64,000 bases of DNA from a virus. The DNA lies in IMG/VR virus record IMGVR_UViG_3300029922_000015, positions 64,001-128,000 of that record. One strand, written 5' to 3'. The notes beneath the pieces were generated by a model, which worked only from the letters and a program-made list of their open reading frames with translations, did no database searches and was not told the DNA's origin. Shown piece by piece: positions 44,657 through 55,996 of this stretch; positions within the stretch are counted from its first letter, which is position 1, and each line of letters begins with the position of its first letter. The position numbers and the translations under genes are program-made.

Positions 44657-45109
44657 ATTATATGGCTCGCAAACAAATCGATCCCGACAAGAAAGTCCCC
44701 TTCGTTTCAATGACGCTTTCCTCTTTATCTCCGAAGCGAATTGTAATGCCGCTTGACGAGTTAAGGTTGCGCCGAAAGATAAAGAATCTTCTACTTAGCG
44801 GTGAAAAGATTAAATTAGAGCGGGTGGATTTTTCTCCTAACGAATATGAAAATTTGGAAAGTCTGAGTTGATTATGGCAAATAAAAAGAAAATAACTAAT
44901 TCGGATTTGGCTGAGCGCGTGTCCGAATTGCAAAAGGAAGAAAGTTATACGGTCAAAATTCCTGCTTATGTTATGGCTTACATTCAAAGAGGATGGAGCG
45001 CGGAACTAAAGAAATATAAAGCCGCCTTTTCTCCCGAAGTAGCAATTCAGGCAATCGTGCGCGTGGAAGCTAATCGAATTTTGCAAGAAGAATTAAAATT
45101 GGAAAATGT

Positions 45110-45847
45110 TTAATTATATTGCCATTTAAATCCCATCGCGCTTCTAAGAATATAAGCACCTTGAGCGTTTTTACATATATAGCCTTTGCAGACTTTAGTA
45201 ATCGCGCTACATTGATTGAACTTTCCAAACGAATAAGCTGCTTCTTTAGCAGAGGGCCAGATTTTAATTATTTTCCCTGTTTTTTTATCAATTTGTTGGA
45301 CAGCCTTAGCCCCAATACCTTTATGAAGTTCGGATAATTTTTTCCTTGTTGCTTTAGTATGATGTCTACCGAACATTGGATTATTTTTTCCTGAAAATCT
45401 TTGTCGATTTAAATTTCCTATTAATATTTTTGTCTCCTCGGTGTGTGCTTTACCATAAAAGGGATTTTTTATTCCTTTCATACTTTCGGACATTCTTTGG
45501 CGTTCTTTTTTAGAGGCTTTTCTTCCGGTCGTATCGTTTGAGAAAGTACATATATTATATCCTATTTTTTGATTAGTAGAATTTAATTTCTTGATCCATT
45601 CGGTTTCTATTTTCAATAATTTTTCATTCTCAATTTGATCAAAGCTTTCCAAAATGGAAACCTCAAAATTTTCCCAACCATATTTATAAATAGCATAAGA
45701 TACTGGATGATTTTTTGTAGGAGTTTTTTCATAATGTCGATAGCAACGCATTCTTTCACGAATGCGAACCGACTTTCCAACATAAACTTTCCCATTAATT
45801 TTGTTAGTTAAAAGGTAGATTCCCGGTTTTGAAGTTATTTCGCTCAT
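45110..45847 (-). CDS. GIY-YIG homing endonuclease with NUMOD3/NUMOD1 repeats
   Basis: GIY..NKINGKVYVG; NPFYGKAHTEETK; IWPSAKEAA; inverted within a + strand block. Confidence 0.92.
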   Translation of the reverse strand: MSEITSKPGIYLLTNKINGKVYVGKSVRIRERMRCYRHYEKTPTKNHPVSYAIYKYGWENFEVSILESFDQIENEKLLKIETEWIKKLNSTNQKIGYNICTFSNDTTGRKASKKERQRMSESMKGIKNPFYGKAHTEETKILIGNLNRQRFSGKNNPMFGRHHTKATRKKLSELHKGIGAKAVQQIDKKTGKIIKIWPSAKEAAYSFGKFNQCSAITKVCKGYICKNAQGAYILRSAMGFKWQYN

Positions 45848-45927
45848 GTTAATGATTACACTCTTATTCTTGAATTAGAAGGATTTTTCTTGACTTAACA
45901 CAGATTTTAGGTTACTATAAGAAGGAT

Positions 45928-46584
45928 ATGATTGGGAATAATGTCGATAAAATCGGAGTCGAATTAGAGGGCTATTGGAAGCATAATCCAAGCGGTTTTC
46001 GCATTCATGGCGATAGCAGTATAGAGCTAAGCTCTATTCGCGAGCGCCGTCTTAGGCGAGACAATACCAATCCTCATCCTCGCGGCACCGTTGGCGAAAA
46101 ATCCAGTCCTGTTTTTGCAACTTTAAACGATCTTAAGGTTTGGCTATTTCGAGAATATCCTCATCGGCGCAATTTCTCTTGTGGGTTTCATATCAACATT
46201 TCACTGTCTAATCCCACTTTGTTGCAGGAGTGCAACGTTAGGTATATCCATGATGCAATGATTAAGGCTATTTTGCGTTATGGAAAGATCAAGCGTTTGG
46301 GCCGTGCCTTTAAACAACGGGCTACGCCAAGCGCAGAGTATTCTGATATTCGATACGATAGCCAAGATAAATATCGCGCTATTAATTGGTCTAAAACGTA
46401 TAATGATACTCCTTATTTGGAATTTAGGATTTTTTCTCAATCGATGCCGAAAGAAAAGGCGATGAACGCCGTATGTTTTTTGTGCGAGCTTATGAATTTG
46501 GTTGCGGAGTTAGTTAAAGATGTTAATATGTCTCGGGAAGATAGATCAAAGAAGATAATGTTATTTGGTAAGAATTTGCGCTAA
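45928..46584 (+). CDS. putative amidoligase paralog 6
   Basis: GVELEG, HGDSSI, GEKSSP, CGFHINIS, LEFRIF. Confidence 0.82.
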   Translation: MIGNNVDKIGVELEGYWKHNPSGFRIHGDSSIELSSIRERRLRRDNTNPHPRGTVGEKSSPVFATLNDLKVWLFREYPHRRNFSCGFHINISLSNPTLLQECNVRYIHDAMIKAILRYGKIKRLGRAFKQRATPSAEYSDIRYDSQDKYRAINWSKTYNDTPYLEFRIFSQSMPKEKAMNAVCFLCELMNLVAELVKDVNMSREDRSKKIMLFGKNLR

Positions 46585-46974
46585 TTAGAACGGAATCGTT
46601 ATAAACTAAAAGTAGAGAAGGTGCAAATCCTTCATAGCGTATAGAATAAAGACTAAGACGACAAAGCTGGCGGGCCAAAAAGCTCTCATCTATGGGTGAG
46701 ATGTCTTTCCGCTAAACAAATCGTCGGGCGGCGCAAGCTGCAAAGCGCATTCAGCGCGGAGCCGCAAGGCTTTCAATGATATTAATTATATGATGAATAA
46801 AATTAAAAGACAAATTGGATTTATTTTGGCGGATTTGGGTTTTCGTTCTTATCGCATGTATAGCTCTAAGTGGATTATTTATACCTTCTATGTGGCTCCT
46901 TTTGGGCTGTTTAAGCTTCCAGTATTCTTTTATCGAACTGAGTTTACCCCATATCAGTTTAATAAAATTATTGT

Positions 46975-47289
46975 ATGAAGTCACGCCGCTTTGATATTGT
47001 ACGCGGCGCGGTACATTTTTATGTTTTTCTTCTTTTTTGGCTTTGTTTAATCGCAATTATTGATTTGTTGTTTCATCGTTTAACGAGGGAGGGAGCGTTG
47101 GAATCGCTTGCGCTTCTCGTGCCCATGTTCCTTTCTGCGGTTGTTGTTGATGTAATTTTTTGGGAATATTATCGGATATATGCGGGTATTTCTTGTTATG
47201 CGGTTGAATTAAAAAGCGAATGTGAATTATTTGGTAATGAAAGAGATTCTAGGATTGGGAATAAACTAATTCGCATAATTGATAAATAA
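46975..47289 (+). CDS. membrane protein
   Basis: two hydrophobic segments. Confidence 0.6.
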   Translation: MKSRRFDIVRGAVHFYVFLLFWLCLIAIIDLLFHRLTREGALESLALLVPMFLSAVVVDVIFWEYYRIYAGISCYAVELKSECELFGNERDSRIGNKLIRIIDK

Positions 47290-47327
47290 TTCTTGACACG
47301 CCATAAATTCAATCATATCATTAATTT

Positions 47328-47591
47328 ATGAAGACGGTTTCTTTTCAAGTTACAATGGACGAAGATACAGATCGCCCATATATTCTTGATGTCATTGCCG
47401 AATATCAAAAAGGGAGAGATGGATTCTATTTTGATCCGGCTTATGGAAATTATGTGGGCGGCGCGGATTCCGAATTTAATATCCTGTCTACCAAACGGCA
47501 TGGCAAGGAAATTGAATCAGAGGGGCGAGTAGACGCCGAAATCGAAGATCAATTTTGGAAGATGCTTGAGGAAGGATTGATTTACGCATGA
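47328..47591 (+). CDS. hypothetical protein
   Basis: leaderless 87 aa ORF. Confidence 0.65.
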   Translation: MKTVSFQVTMDEDTDRPYILDVIAEYQKGRDGFYFDPAYGNYVGGADSEFNILSTKRHGKEIESEGRVDAEIEDQFWKMLEEGLIYA

Positions 47592-47992
47592 GGGCTAATA
47601 AAATTATTGATAGCGTCAGGAATAAACACAAAAGTCCCGAACTTCCTTTGACACTAAGCCAAATCATAATTAAAGGAAAACCCTTTCGTTGGGTTACTCT
47701 TGCGCATGATTTCTGTGGTGTGTCCGCTTATCCGCCCTTTTCCGCTGATCTTTATCGGGCCGAGGATGGATCGCAAATTTTAGATTTAGTAGGAGATTGG
47801 GAGTTCTACCTTACTCACGATGAAGATTTGCCAATTGATATAGCTATTCCTTATTACGTTGTCGGTAATAAATTAGTCGAGAGGCTTGTTCAGATGTTTA
47901 AGAATAACGAAATTGCCATTTTTATTGATTTGGTTAGGGATTATACTTTGAAGTTTAACGAACTTTCTAAAGGGGAAGCGGAAATCAAATGA
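47588..47992 (+). CDS. hypothetical protein
   Basis: 134 aa ORF. Confidence 0.65.
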   Translation: MRANKIIDSVRNKHKSPELPLTLSQIIIKGKPFRWVTLAHDFCGVSAYPPFSADLYRAEDGSQILDLVGDWEFYLTHDEDLPIDIAIPYYVVGNKLVERLVQMFKNNEIAIFIDLVRDYTLKFNELSKGEAEIK

Positions 47993-48175
47993 AACACGGA
48001 AGACCTATGGACGGCGGCGCGATGTTTCTTTTTATTCTCTGTGTCATTCTTGGATTACTTTGTGGATATCTATTGGTTACGCGCCCGATTCCGCAATCAA
48101 TCGATAGGGAAATAATTCAGTTTTAAATCTTGACTCGGAAGCAATCCTTTGTTATGATGATTAAAAGGAGGGGAA

Positions 48176-48490
48176 GTGGCACTTCATAAGCATGTAAAAA
48201 CCGTAAAAACTCGTTTGTTAAAGCACAAGCCCGCGTTGATCATCTTCGCCGATTGGACTTTGCACAATGGATTGGACGAAATTCGCGACCTTGGCCGAGA
48301 TGTATGGAAAGAGGGCTCCGTTGTGCTTTTTCACTCGTTAGCTGTTCCCTCTATTATTTTTGGTTTGGTAGTTGGTACGGAAATGTTTCATTGGCTTAAG
48401 AAGGATATTGAGGGGGAATTTCGAGACGATTGTAAACCCGTTGAAGAAGAAAAGCCCAAGTTTAAGAGAAAACCCGATTACGATATTTAA
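48176..48490 (+). CDS. hypothetical protein
   Basis: AGGAGG ribosome-binding site, GTG start. Confidence 0.65.
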   Translation: MALHKHVKTVKTRLLKHKPALIIFADWTLHNGLDEIRDLGRDVWKEGSVVLFHSLAVPSIIFGLVVGTEMFHWLKKDIEGEFRDDCKPVEEEKPKFKRKPDYDI

Positions 48491-48922
48491 TTTTATGTTT
48501 TATATTCAACGACTCGATAGAGTTTTTATTGGAATGCAGCGTATCCAAGACAAAATCGTTTATACCTCTTGCGATTACATTTGTAATGCCCATAAGTTTG
48601 ATATAGGTGAAGCGTTTGCTTTTCTAACCAGAAAAGGCGTAAATGTTGATGATTTTGAGCTAATAGAAACTTGACAAAAGTTGAATCTTCAAATATAATA
48701 CTTGCATGATTATTCTTAATACTCTTATTGTAATTCTTTGGTGGGCTTGCGGTGTGGCTTTTGTCCTCGCCGACCTACGGAACGATGGAATTTTAGAAGT
48801 TCGTGGCAATCATATATTTTTCGCTATGTTTTATGGTGCTGTGTATGGGGCTCTTTATCTATTCTGTCACGTTTTTTTGCGAAAGCCTATCATGGCTTTC
48901 ATGGATAGGGTTTTTATCAAAT

Positions 48923-49201
48923 ATGAACAAGGAGTATAAAGTAACAAGCAAGGGATGGTTTTATTTTTGTCCGATTTATCTAGAACAAGGGTGGGCTGAA
49001 AATCTCGCGCCGACTATTATTCCAAGGTTCCAAGGAACTGATTGGCTTTTGAATCTGGCTACGGAGTTTCAACAAGCCATGAATTTAGTTTTAAGTGTTT
49101 TTAATCCAGATGCGGGCGGATTCCTTATTCTAGAAACCGAACGATTTGACAAACCTAAGATTATCACAATATCCATAGACGATGAAAGCAACGATATCTG
49201 A
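48923..49201 (+). CDS. hypothetical protein
   Basis: start MNKEYKV. Confidence 0.6.
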   Translation: MNKEYKVTSKGWFYFCPIYLEQGWAENLAPTIIPRFQGTDWLLNLATEFQQAMNLVLSVFNPDAGGFLILETERFDKPKIITISIDDESNDI

Positions 49202-50090
49202 AGATAAACGAGTTTCTTTGATTCTAGAATCTCAATCGGAAGTGGATCAACTTTATGCCTTTTTCAATTCTCCTCGTATTACTCGCGTTCTTAAATTAGA
49301 CAGTCGGGCATATCAAACATTAGAAACATATACCAAATTAGACCTTTATAATTATTTATCGAGGATTTTAATAGCATGAAATCGATACAAGAAATTACAA
49401 TTAATCCGTTTAAGAGGGTGGCGCTTGTTTTTGAAAGCCCTGAAGAAGTTGATAAAATTTACGCGCTTCTCAATCACGAGAAAATGACGAAAGCGGTTGG
49501 CATGGACTTTTCTAAAGTAAAAGATGCCCTTGCTCCCTATGCGAATCCAACAGAAGCGGCGGCTTGGCACCAACGCTTAAACGTTTTGATAAAAAAATGA
49601 TTGGCGCGAAACAAAAGATAGCGGGCTCCGACTCTCCTCTTGTCGCTTTGATTCTGGAAACGCCAGAAGAAATCGAACAAATAGGCGCGTTGATTAGCCG
49701 TAAGGTGATTGTCGAAGCTCTCGATTTAAGAAAGCACGTTCGTTGCAAGGGCGACAATGGGAAATATTTGCCATATCTTTTGTTAGAGCCCTTTTTGCCC
49801 AAAGCTGATCTTTTTAATAAAGTTCAAAATAGACTCGAACCTTTATTTCAATAATGTTCGCAACTCAAGATTCTAAAACTAAACTTGTTTCTTTGATTTT
49901 AGAAAGTCAATCGGAAGTAGACACGATGGGGATGTTTTTTAATAATCTAAGAATAGCTCAAACACTCGGATTGCGAACAAGTGATGGCGTTTGGCTTTAC
50001 GGTAAATTATTTCATGCTTTTTGTACGGGGCGAGCTTATACTATAGCGGGGGATAGTCCAAGTTCAAGATTAAATAAACTTATTTACTAA
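49182..50090 (+). other. four tandem paralogous small genes (49182-49379, 49376-49600, 49597-49854, 49854-50090)
   Basis: shared V(S/A)L(I/V)(L/F)E(S/T)..E(V/I)(D/E) motif. Confidence 0.75.
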
Positions 50091-50310
50091 TTCTAATGAA
50101 TCTAAAAACTAAATTGAAATTAGGAATATTAGCACAAACCCTGTTAGACGCTCAGTATAATATTACTGACGCCGTACAAGAAGATATACCACAAGAATTA
50201 TTTAAGCCTCTATGCCAGATAGATGAGCATATACATAAATTTCGATCTTTAATCAAAGATTATACAGAAAAAGTCTTGACTTAAGACGAATATTAAGTTA
50301 CAATAAGCTC

Positions 50311-50799
50311 ATGAAGCTCACCCATCTTAGCTCTACTCAGCCGAGAGAGAAGATAGTTCGAATTGCTGAAAGTATCATTCAGGATTTGGAAATTAAGATT
50401 CCGGTTCACTTGATTTACCAAGATTGCTGGAGCGAGTTTGACAGTGATACGGGCGAGATTATTCCCAATACTGAGCGACATGATATCTCGCACGACGGTA
50501 TTGCGCAAGACGATGGAATAGTTAGGGTTTGTATTAATCCGTCTTTGATGGTTTTCCCGGCGTGGTGGGATATTAATTCGGAACTTAAGAATTTCTATTT
50601 GCGTCGTATTGGTACTTTTTACGATATTGACGAAATGATCCTTTATTATATTTCGCACGAGTTTCATCATCTCTTTGGGTATGAGCATCCGCGCGAAATT
50701 AAAACCATGTCCCGAATTGCTAAATGCGACGAGGAAACGTTGGCCGATTTTTATGCGCTTCGAAATCTGAGCAAGAAAAGGACAAATGACTCAAATTAA
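50311..50799 (+). CDS. putative zinc metallopeptidase (HExxH)
   Basis: ISHEFHH...EETLADFYA (ImmA/IrrE-like spacing). Confidence 0.7.
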   Translation: MKLTHLSSTQPREKIVRIAESIIQDLEIKIPVHLIYQDCWSEFDSDTGEIIPNTERHDISHDGIAQDDGIVRVCINPSLMVFPAWWDINSELKNFYLRRIGTFYDIDEMILYYISHEFHHLFGYEHPREIKTMSRIAKCDEETLADFYALRNLSKKRTNDSN

Positions 50800-51055
50800 T
50801 TATACCGCCGCCGTTGAAACGGCCATTAAAGATAGGCTGACTCATCTCGTAATGCTTATTACGAGTTATAGTTGCAATAGAAATTTTGATCCCGAATCTA
50901 AATATTTTGTTAGGTTGATCTTGGATTATAATGAATTGGCCGAAATTCTTAATATGAGCAAGGTTGACATCGCCTCTTTTGTTAAGATGAAAGAGTTGGC
51001 GCGTCCGAAAGAATCGGGCTTGGCGCAAGTGCGAGTTTTTTCTAATAAACAATGA
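50786..51055 (+). CDS. hypothetical protein
   Basis: 89 aa ORF. Confidence 0.6.
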   Translation: MTQINYTAAVETAIKDRLTHLVMLITSYSCNRNFDPESKYFVRLILDYNELAEILNMSKVDIASFVKMKELARPKESGLAQVRVFSNKQ

Positions 51056-52280
51056 ATACATCACTCGATTTTTTTGCTGTAATTTGGCCTAATATGACCG
51101 ATAATAGCATTCGGCATTTTCATGAAGATTGTCATGGGTGGACTACCGATATTCTTGCCGCGCGACGTTATAATACAGCCGAAGAAGCGGAAGCAATGAT
51201 GGCTGGTCTATACGGCGGCACATTTCGCCGCAAAGGTATGGAAATTCACAAAGTAACAATTAAAGTCGAATACGAATTGCAAAAGACACTATGAGATTTC
51301 GGGTTGAGTTCAATTCTCTTTGTTTTAGTTGGATTCCGATGAAGATCGCGCGTCCGTTTGGATGGGATTTGTGGTTCGCGTGGTTTGAAGTGCAATATCG
51401 CAACGAAAGAAAAAGGCGCTTGCAAAGAGATGTTGATGATGTATATTCGGGAGATGCGGGTTATTATTAAATTATGATTCATTCTTTAATTAAGAAGATG
51501 GTTATGTCTAAATGGTATTCGCCACGATTAATGACTATGGCGAACATTGACCCTTTTCATTTTACTCCAAAGGAAGTCGCCTATCCCCTTTTTATTCCCG
51601 TTTGGTTTGGAAAATTGATTTGTTGGATTGGAGTTCGGGAAGGTAAATTTCTAAAGAATAAAGACCATACCTATTCAATAGCAAAACATGAACTTTGATA
51701 TTATTAGAGTTAAAATTCAAGAACTTTCCGTAGAAATAAAGAAAGCGCGGCTTCCCTTTTGTTCTATTTTGATTGATTATTTATTGGAGGTTTTGGAAAT
51801 GGAAATTCAAGATAAGGAACTTAAATGCCCGACCAAATAGAAGAACGTTATATCATTCTGTATCACAAGTTCGAGATAGAAGGATGGTTTGCTATTAAAC
51901 AGTTTGGCGATTTTTCTAATCGGGTTTCGGCCCAGCAAGTAGCTAATCTTCTTATCGATGGAAAGGTTCCTTGTTATGATCGCGACGGTAAAACTTTGCC
52001 AAAAGGCTCGGAAATAAAAGTTGTTTTAAAACGATCTGAAATAACCTATCATTGGTTGGATGAAACGACTTGATAAAATTATGTTCGCTCTTGAGAAGGG
52101 CGATAGAATTTTTCCCGGCGATTACGTCAAGATATCAGAAAATCTCTTGATGCGTTCAAGCGATATAGGCGAGATTTATAATGGGAAAAGGCCAATGTTT
52201 AGATTCGCGGATAAAATTAAGACCGATTCCGCTGTTATTTAGTTCTTGACAAAAGATAAATCGCCGTATAAGCTTCGATT

Positions 52281-52631
52281 ATGAACTTCTCGAAGGCAAT
52301 CCATATCAGCGAAATTCCGCGCGAATGCGTCATCGCTTGTAGCAACGGCGGAGGCGACTTTACCATGCTGCAATTCTGGCGCGATAAGATCGATTTTCGT
52401 GTTGATCGTGAATCGGCGGTTGAATACCTCAAAAGCGAGCTTTGTTGGTACGATGAGGTAATGAAGGACGAAACCGACGAAACGCTTTCCTGCCGAATTC
52501 TTTGTGCAGCCGTGGGCGAGTTTCGTGAGTATATCAATGCTTGCGAGACAAAGGGCTTGAATCCCTATGATCCGCAAATTCATTATGAGCCCGCAACAGG
52601 TTCGAATATGTTTGTTTTTGCCAAGGGGTAA
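52281..52631 (+). CDS. hypothetical protein
   Basis: leaderless 116 aa ORF. Confidence 0.7.
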   Translation: MNFSKAIHISEIPRECVIACSNGGGDFTMLQFWRDKIDFRVDRESAVEYLKSELCWYDEVMKDETDETLSCRILCAAVGEFREYINACETKGLNPYDPQIHYEPATGSNMFVFAKG

Positions 52632-52838
52632 ACATGAATCGTAAAACCGTGGAGCGGGCGGTTTGTTTAATCGCCTGTTTATTCCTTAGTTTCGAGCATC
52701 ATTATATCGCGGCAACTATTTGTTTGATTTGTGCCATTTTTCCTATATGAAAATCTTTTTTGCAATTATTGATTTAATTACTGTGGGTTTGATTCGTTTT
52801 TGCTTATACCTTGACGGAGGGGAAGTTTAAGTAAAAAT

Positions 52839-53576
52839 TTAAAGATCATTCAAATCACTCAAAAGAGTCTGAGCGTCAAATCCGCTAGGAGATAGATTGT
52901 TCTTTTCAATCCAATCGGGAGAAAGTACGGCATAAGCTTCGTCCATATATACTTTTAGAAAAGTCCACGTAAGACGTAAAAGATTTCCCCACGAAACGCA
53001 AGTAAGACCGCTCGCATCGTAATCAATAATATTCACGCAATGTCCTCCTAACGATCCAATTGCACCATCTCCATGAGTTCCTTGAGAAGTAATATGCCAT
53101 TCTTCTTGATTCTCACAATTTTTAGGAAGCGCGAATCCAGCATAAACGCCTCCTAATAATGCAATACTTTGTTTAATTTGATTAATATTAGCAGGCTCAA
53201 TTTCCACAAAAGCAGAAATTTTATGAGCACCTATACCGTTATTTTTCCAGTATTTTAAAACCGTCAACAAATCGCATCCATCATCATTTTCGTGTGTTTG
53301 AGGATTATATCCGCTTACCGCTTCATAAGCAACTAAAGCATCATTATTTGTAGGAACAAAGATATTACCAGCGTTATCTGACCAAGTTTGGGTTTGATGC
53401 AACGCTCCCGCGATAGTACAATCCCCAATTTGATCGTTTAATAACATAGGAAAATTAGAAACAGAACCATCCCATTTACAAGATTTAGGAGGCTCAGGAA
53501 GTGCTTTTGCATATTTGCCGAAATAAAGAGTTCGATAATCGTGACGGGGCGGCTTTTTTCCTAAACATTTATGCAT
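52839..53576 (-). CDS. papain-like (C1-type) cysteine peptidase
   Basis: NDQIGDCTIAG, GGHCV..I.Y, VSWG; GTGTAA-N8-ATG start. Confidence 0.78.
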   Translation of the reverse strand: MHKCLGKKPPRHDYRTLYFGKYAKALPEPPKSCKWDGSVSNFPMLLNDQIGDCTIAGALHQTQTWSDNAGNIFVPTNNDALVAYEAVSGYNPQTHENDDGCDLLTVLKYWKNNGIGAHKISAFVEIEPANINQIKQSIALLGGVYAGFALPKNCENQEEWHITSQGTHGDGAIGSLGGHCVNIIDYDASGLTCVSWGNLLRLTWTFLKVYMDEAYAVLSPDWIEKNNLSPSGFDAQTLLSDLNDL

Positions 53577-53584
53577 ACTAATAA

Positions 53585-53722
53585 TTACACATATTCCCAT
53601 TTAAATCCGTGTGATTTATATTTAGGTTTGTCTAATCCCGCTTTTCTTCGATTACAGAATTCCGAAATACAACTTCTATCGAAACCTAAATTCCTACTTG
53701 CTTCGTGAGCCGAAGACCAAAT
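53585..53722 (-). pseudogene. NUMOD1-type homing endonuclease C-terminal remnant
   Basis: IWSSAHEASRNLG..SCISEFC..HGFKWEY, no start codon; resembles the C-terminus of 45110-45847. Confidence 0.7.
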
Positions 53723-53782
53723 TTACTATCAAATTTCAAAAAATTTCTTGACAATATGTAAACTTTCCTTAATAATTACACT

Positions 53783-54034
53783 ATGCGTCCAGAATTAGTT
53801 TATCCTTCCGAAGAAAATCCGGTTTATTGTCATGATTGCAAGGAACATATCAGGGAAAATGATTTGTTTGGACGTTTTCGCGGCCAATGGACTATTTTGT
53901 ATTGCGCTAAGTGTTTCGGTACTTATTGCGACAAAGAAATGGATTATAATCATCCAGAGATTGTTAAATTGATGGAAATGAAACTAAACTCTAATCGGCG
54001 TTACACAGAGGAAGATTTAATAAAGAAATATTAA
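53783..54034 (+). CDS. small zinc-finger protein
   Basis: CHDC...YCAKC. Confidence 0.65.
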   Translation: MRPELVYPSEENPVYCHDCKEHIRENDLFGRFRGQWTILYCAKCFGTYCDKEMDYNHPEIVKLMEMKLNSNRRYTEEDLIKKY

Positions 54035-54077
54035 AAAAAGATTTGACAAGGCGCGTATCCTGTGAGATCATTAACTC

Positions 54078-54830
54078 ATGAACTCGAAAATCCGCTTTGG
54101 AGTTGAAATTGAAGGGGGATGGAAAAACGCCTCTAAAATTACTTCTCTCATCAAAGATGACGGATCGGTTATTATACCGGAATACTCTTCCCTCTATTCC
54201 ATTTTCACGGGGCGCGGACATCTTACTCCAAGAGAAAAAGCCCAAATTATTAAAGCAAAACCTAGCAATCTTTGTGGTGAGGTAGCGAGTCCGGTTTTCA
54301 ATACGTTGCCTCAATTCAAACGGTGGACTCGGCGCGTTTATCCCGACGCCACAAACGCTACTTGTGGTTTGCATATCCATGTTTCTTTCCCCCGTCTTAT
54401 AGATTATGCGACATTAATGACACGCAGTTTTAATAGTCGCTTTTTGTCAGAAATAAATCGGTTTGGAGAGAATTTTGTTGATAAAGACGAAGCGATGGCC
54501 AAAATTTATTGGGATCGTTTCTTTAACAAAAATAGTTATTCTTTAAAAAAGTTCTGCCCTCTTGGAACTTTGCAAAACGATGCGGGACATAAATATCGTT
54601 TCATTAATTACGGAGCTTTTACTTATACTGATAGAAAGCGAACGTTCGAATGTCGGTCTTTTCCGGCTTTTAATCAGCGAGGATTGGCGGAAAAGGCCGT
54701 TGAATTGTTTTTGAAATTGTGTGAGGATTATATCGCGGAATTTGCTAATCCCGAAGACCCGGAAATCGTGTTGAATATGCAAGTCCTCAAAAGGTATCTT
54801 TCACCCGATGAGTCTTTAAATAAGGAATAA
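54078..54830 (+). CDS. putative amidoligase paralog 7
   Basis: FGVEIEGG, DDGSV, GEVASP, CGLHIHVS, TFECR. Confidence 0.87.
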   Translation: MNSKIRFGVEIEGGWKNASKITSLIKDDGSVIIPEYSSLYSIFTGRGHLTPREKAQIIKAKPSNLCGEVASPVFNTLPQFKRWTRRVYPDATNATCGLHIHVSFPRLIDYATLMTRSFNSRFLSEINRFGENFVDKDEAMAKIYWDRFFNKNSYSLKKFCPLGTLQNDAGHKYRFINYGAFTYTDRKRTFECRSFPAFNQRGLAEKAVELFLKLCEDYIAEFANPEDPEIVLNMQVLKRYLSPDESLNKE

Positions 54831-55582
54831 ACAAATGAAATTTAAGGTAAACGATATCGTTGTAATCAAAGCTTATCAAAACGACGAAATGAATGGTGAG
54901 GGGCGCGTTACTCAAATCCATTCCGATAAGCATGTTACGCATAGCATTCACGTATCTAACATGAATATGCCTTATTGCGGGGGCGTTTGTCAGTGGTTTA
55001 AACCGGACGAACTTATAAAGAAATAAACGTAATGGAAAACTCTTTTGTTATTCAATATCTTCCAATAGGAGAAAAGGAATGGTGCAATTTCGAAAGTGCG
55101 TTTGGAGCGGATGGTTTTTATTCCTACGAACGAGCCTGCCAACTTTTAGACGAATGGAACGCGCTATATGTTAATAAGCTAGTCCATGTTTATAAAAATA
55201 AAGAACTAAGAGCCTTAAAAGGTGTGTCGGGCTGGCGCGTTGTCGAAAAGATCGGAAATGAATATTTCCCTTTGAAAAAGAACTTGGAAGTATGATTGCG
55301 CAACTCACTCAAAACATTGTTGATATCGATGGCGAGCGATTTAATTTGCCGATTGATAATTTTGGATTGTCCGAATACTTCAAAAAGCCTAATAATCCCG
55401 ACAAAATTAAATTTAAAGATAGACTAACGGCGCGGGAACGATTGGCCGTCATTCAACGAAACAAACGAAATGGCACGTTTGGACTGCTTTATAATTTGTA
55501 AAATTTTTCTTGACATCGCGTAAATAGCGCGATATAATTATCTTGTGAGCCTTATCTGCAATCCCCTTCTCGCGAACTAAAC

Positions 55583-55996
55583 ATGAAAATCGAATCTAAT
55601 GTCTCGGATGAGATTATAAACAATGCGCTTATCGGCGCGCGGGAAGGGGCGACGTGCTATTGGGCTCAAAGTCGATTATTCGATCCGAATAAACGAAAGG
55701 ATATTAAACTCCATCTCAATCCCTTGGAAGGAAGATATTTTGTTGGCGAAGGTAAATATGATGGCGAGGAACTTTGGCTAAACTCCGAGTGCGGAAATAA
55801 AGCACTATCATTTTTTGAAGAGGAAAATCCTGAAATTGAACTTTTTGTGACTCATTGTAGGATTAGTCGCGGATTGCTTTTAATGTCCGAAAAGTATCCC
55901 AAGCATTTTGCGGATTTGATTGGCGAGAACGACGATGCAACGACCCACGATGTTTTCCTCCAATGCTGTCTTCTTAATAATGTAATTTATGGTTAA
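55583..55996 (+). CDS. hypothetical protein
   Basis: 137 aa; C-terminal DATTHDVFLQ..L...IYG. Confidence 0.7.
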   Translation: MKIESNVSDEIINNALIGAREGATCYWAQSRLFDPNKRKDIKLHLNPLEGRYFVGEGKYDGEELWLNSECGNKALSFFEEENPEIELFVTHCRISRGLLLMSEKYPKHFADLIGENDDATTHDVFLQCCLLNNVIYG

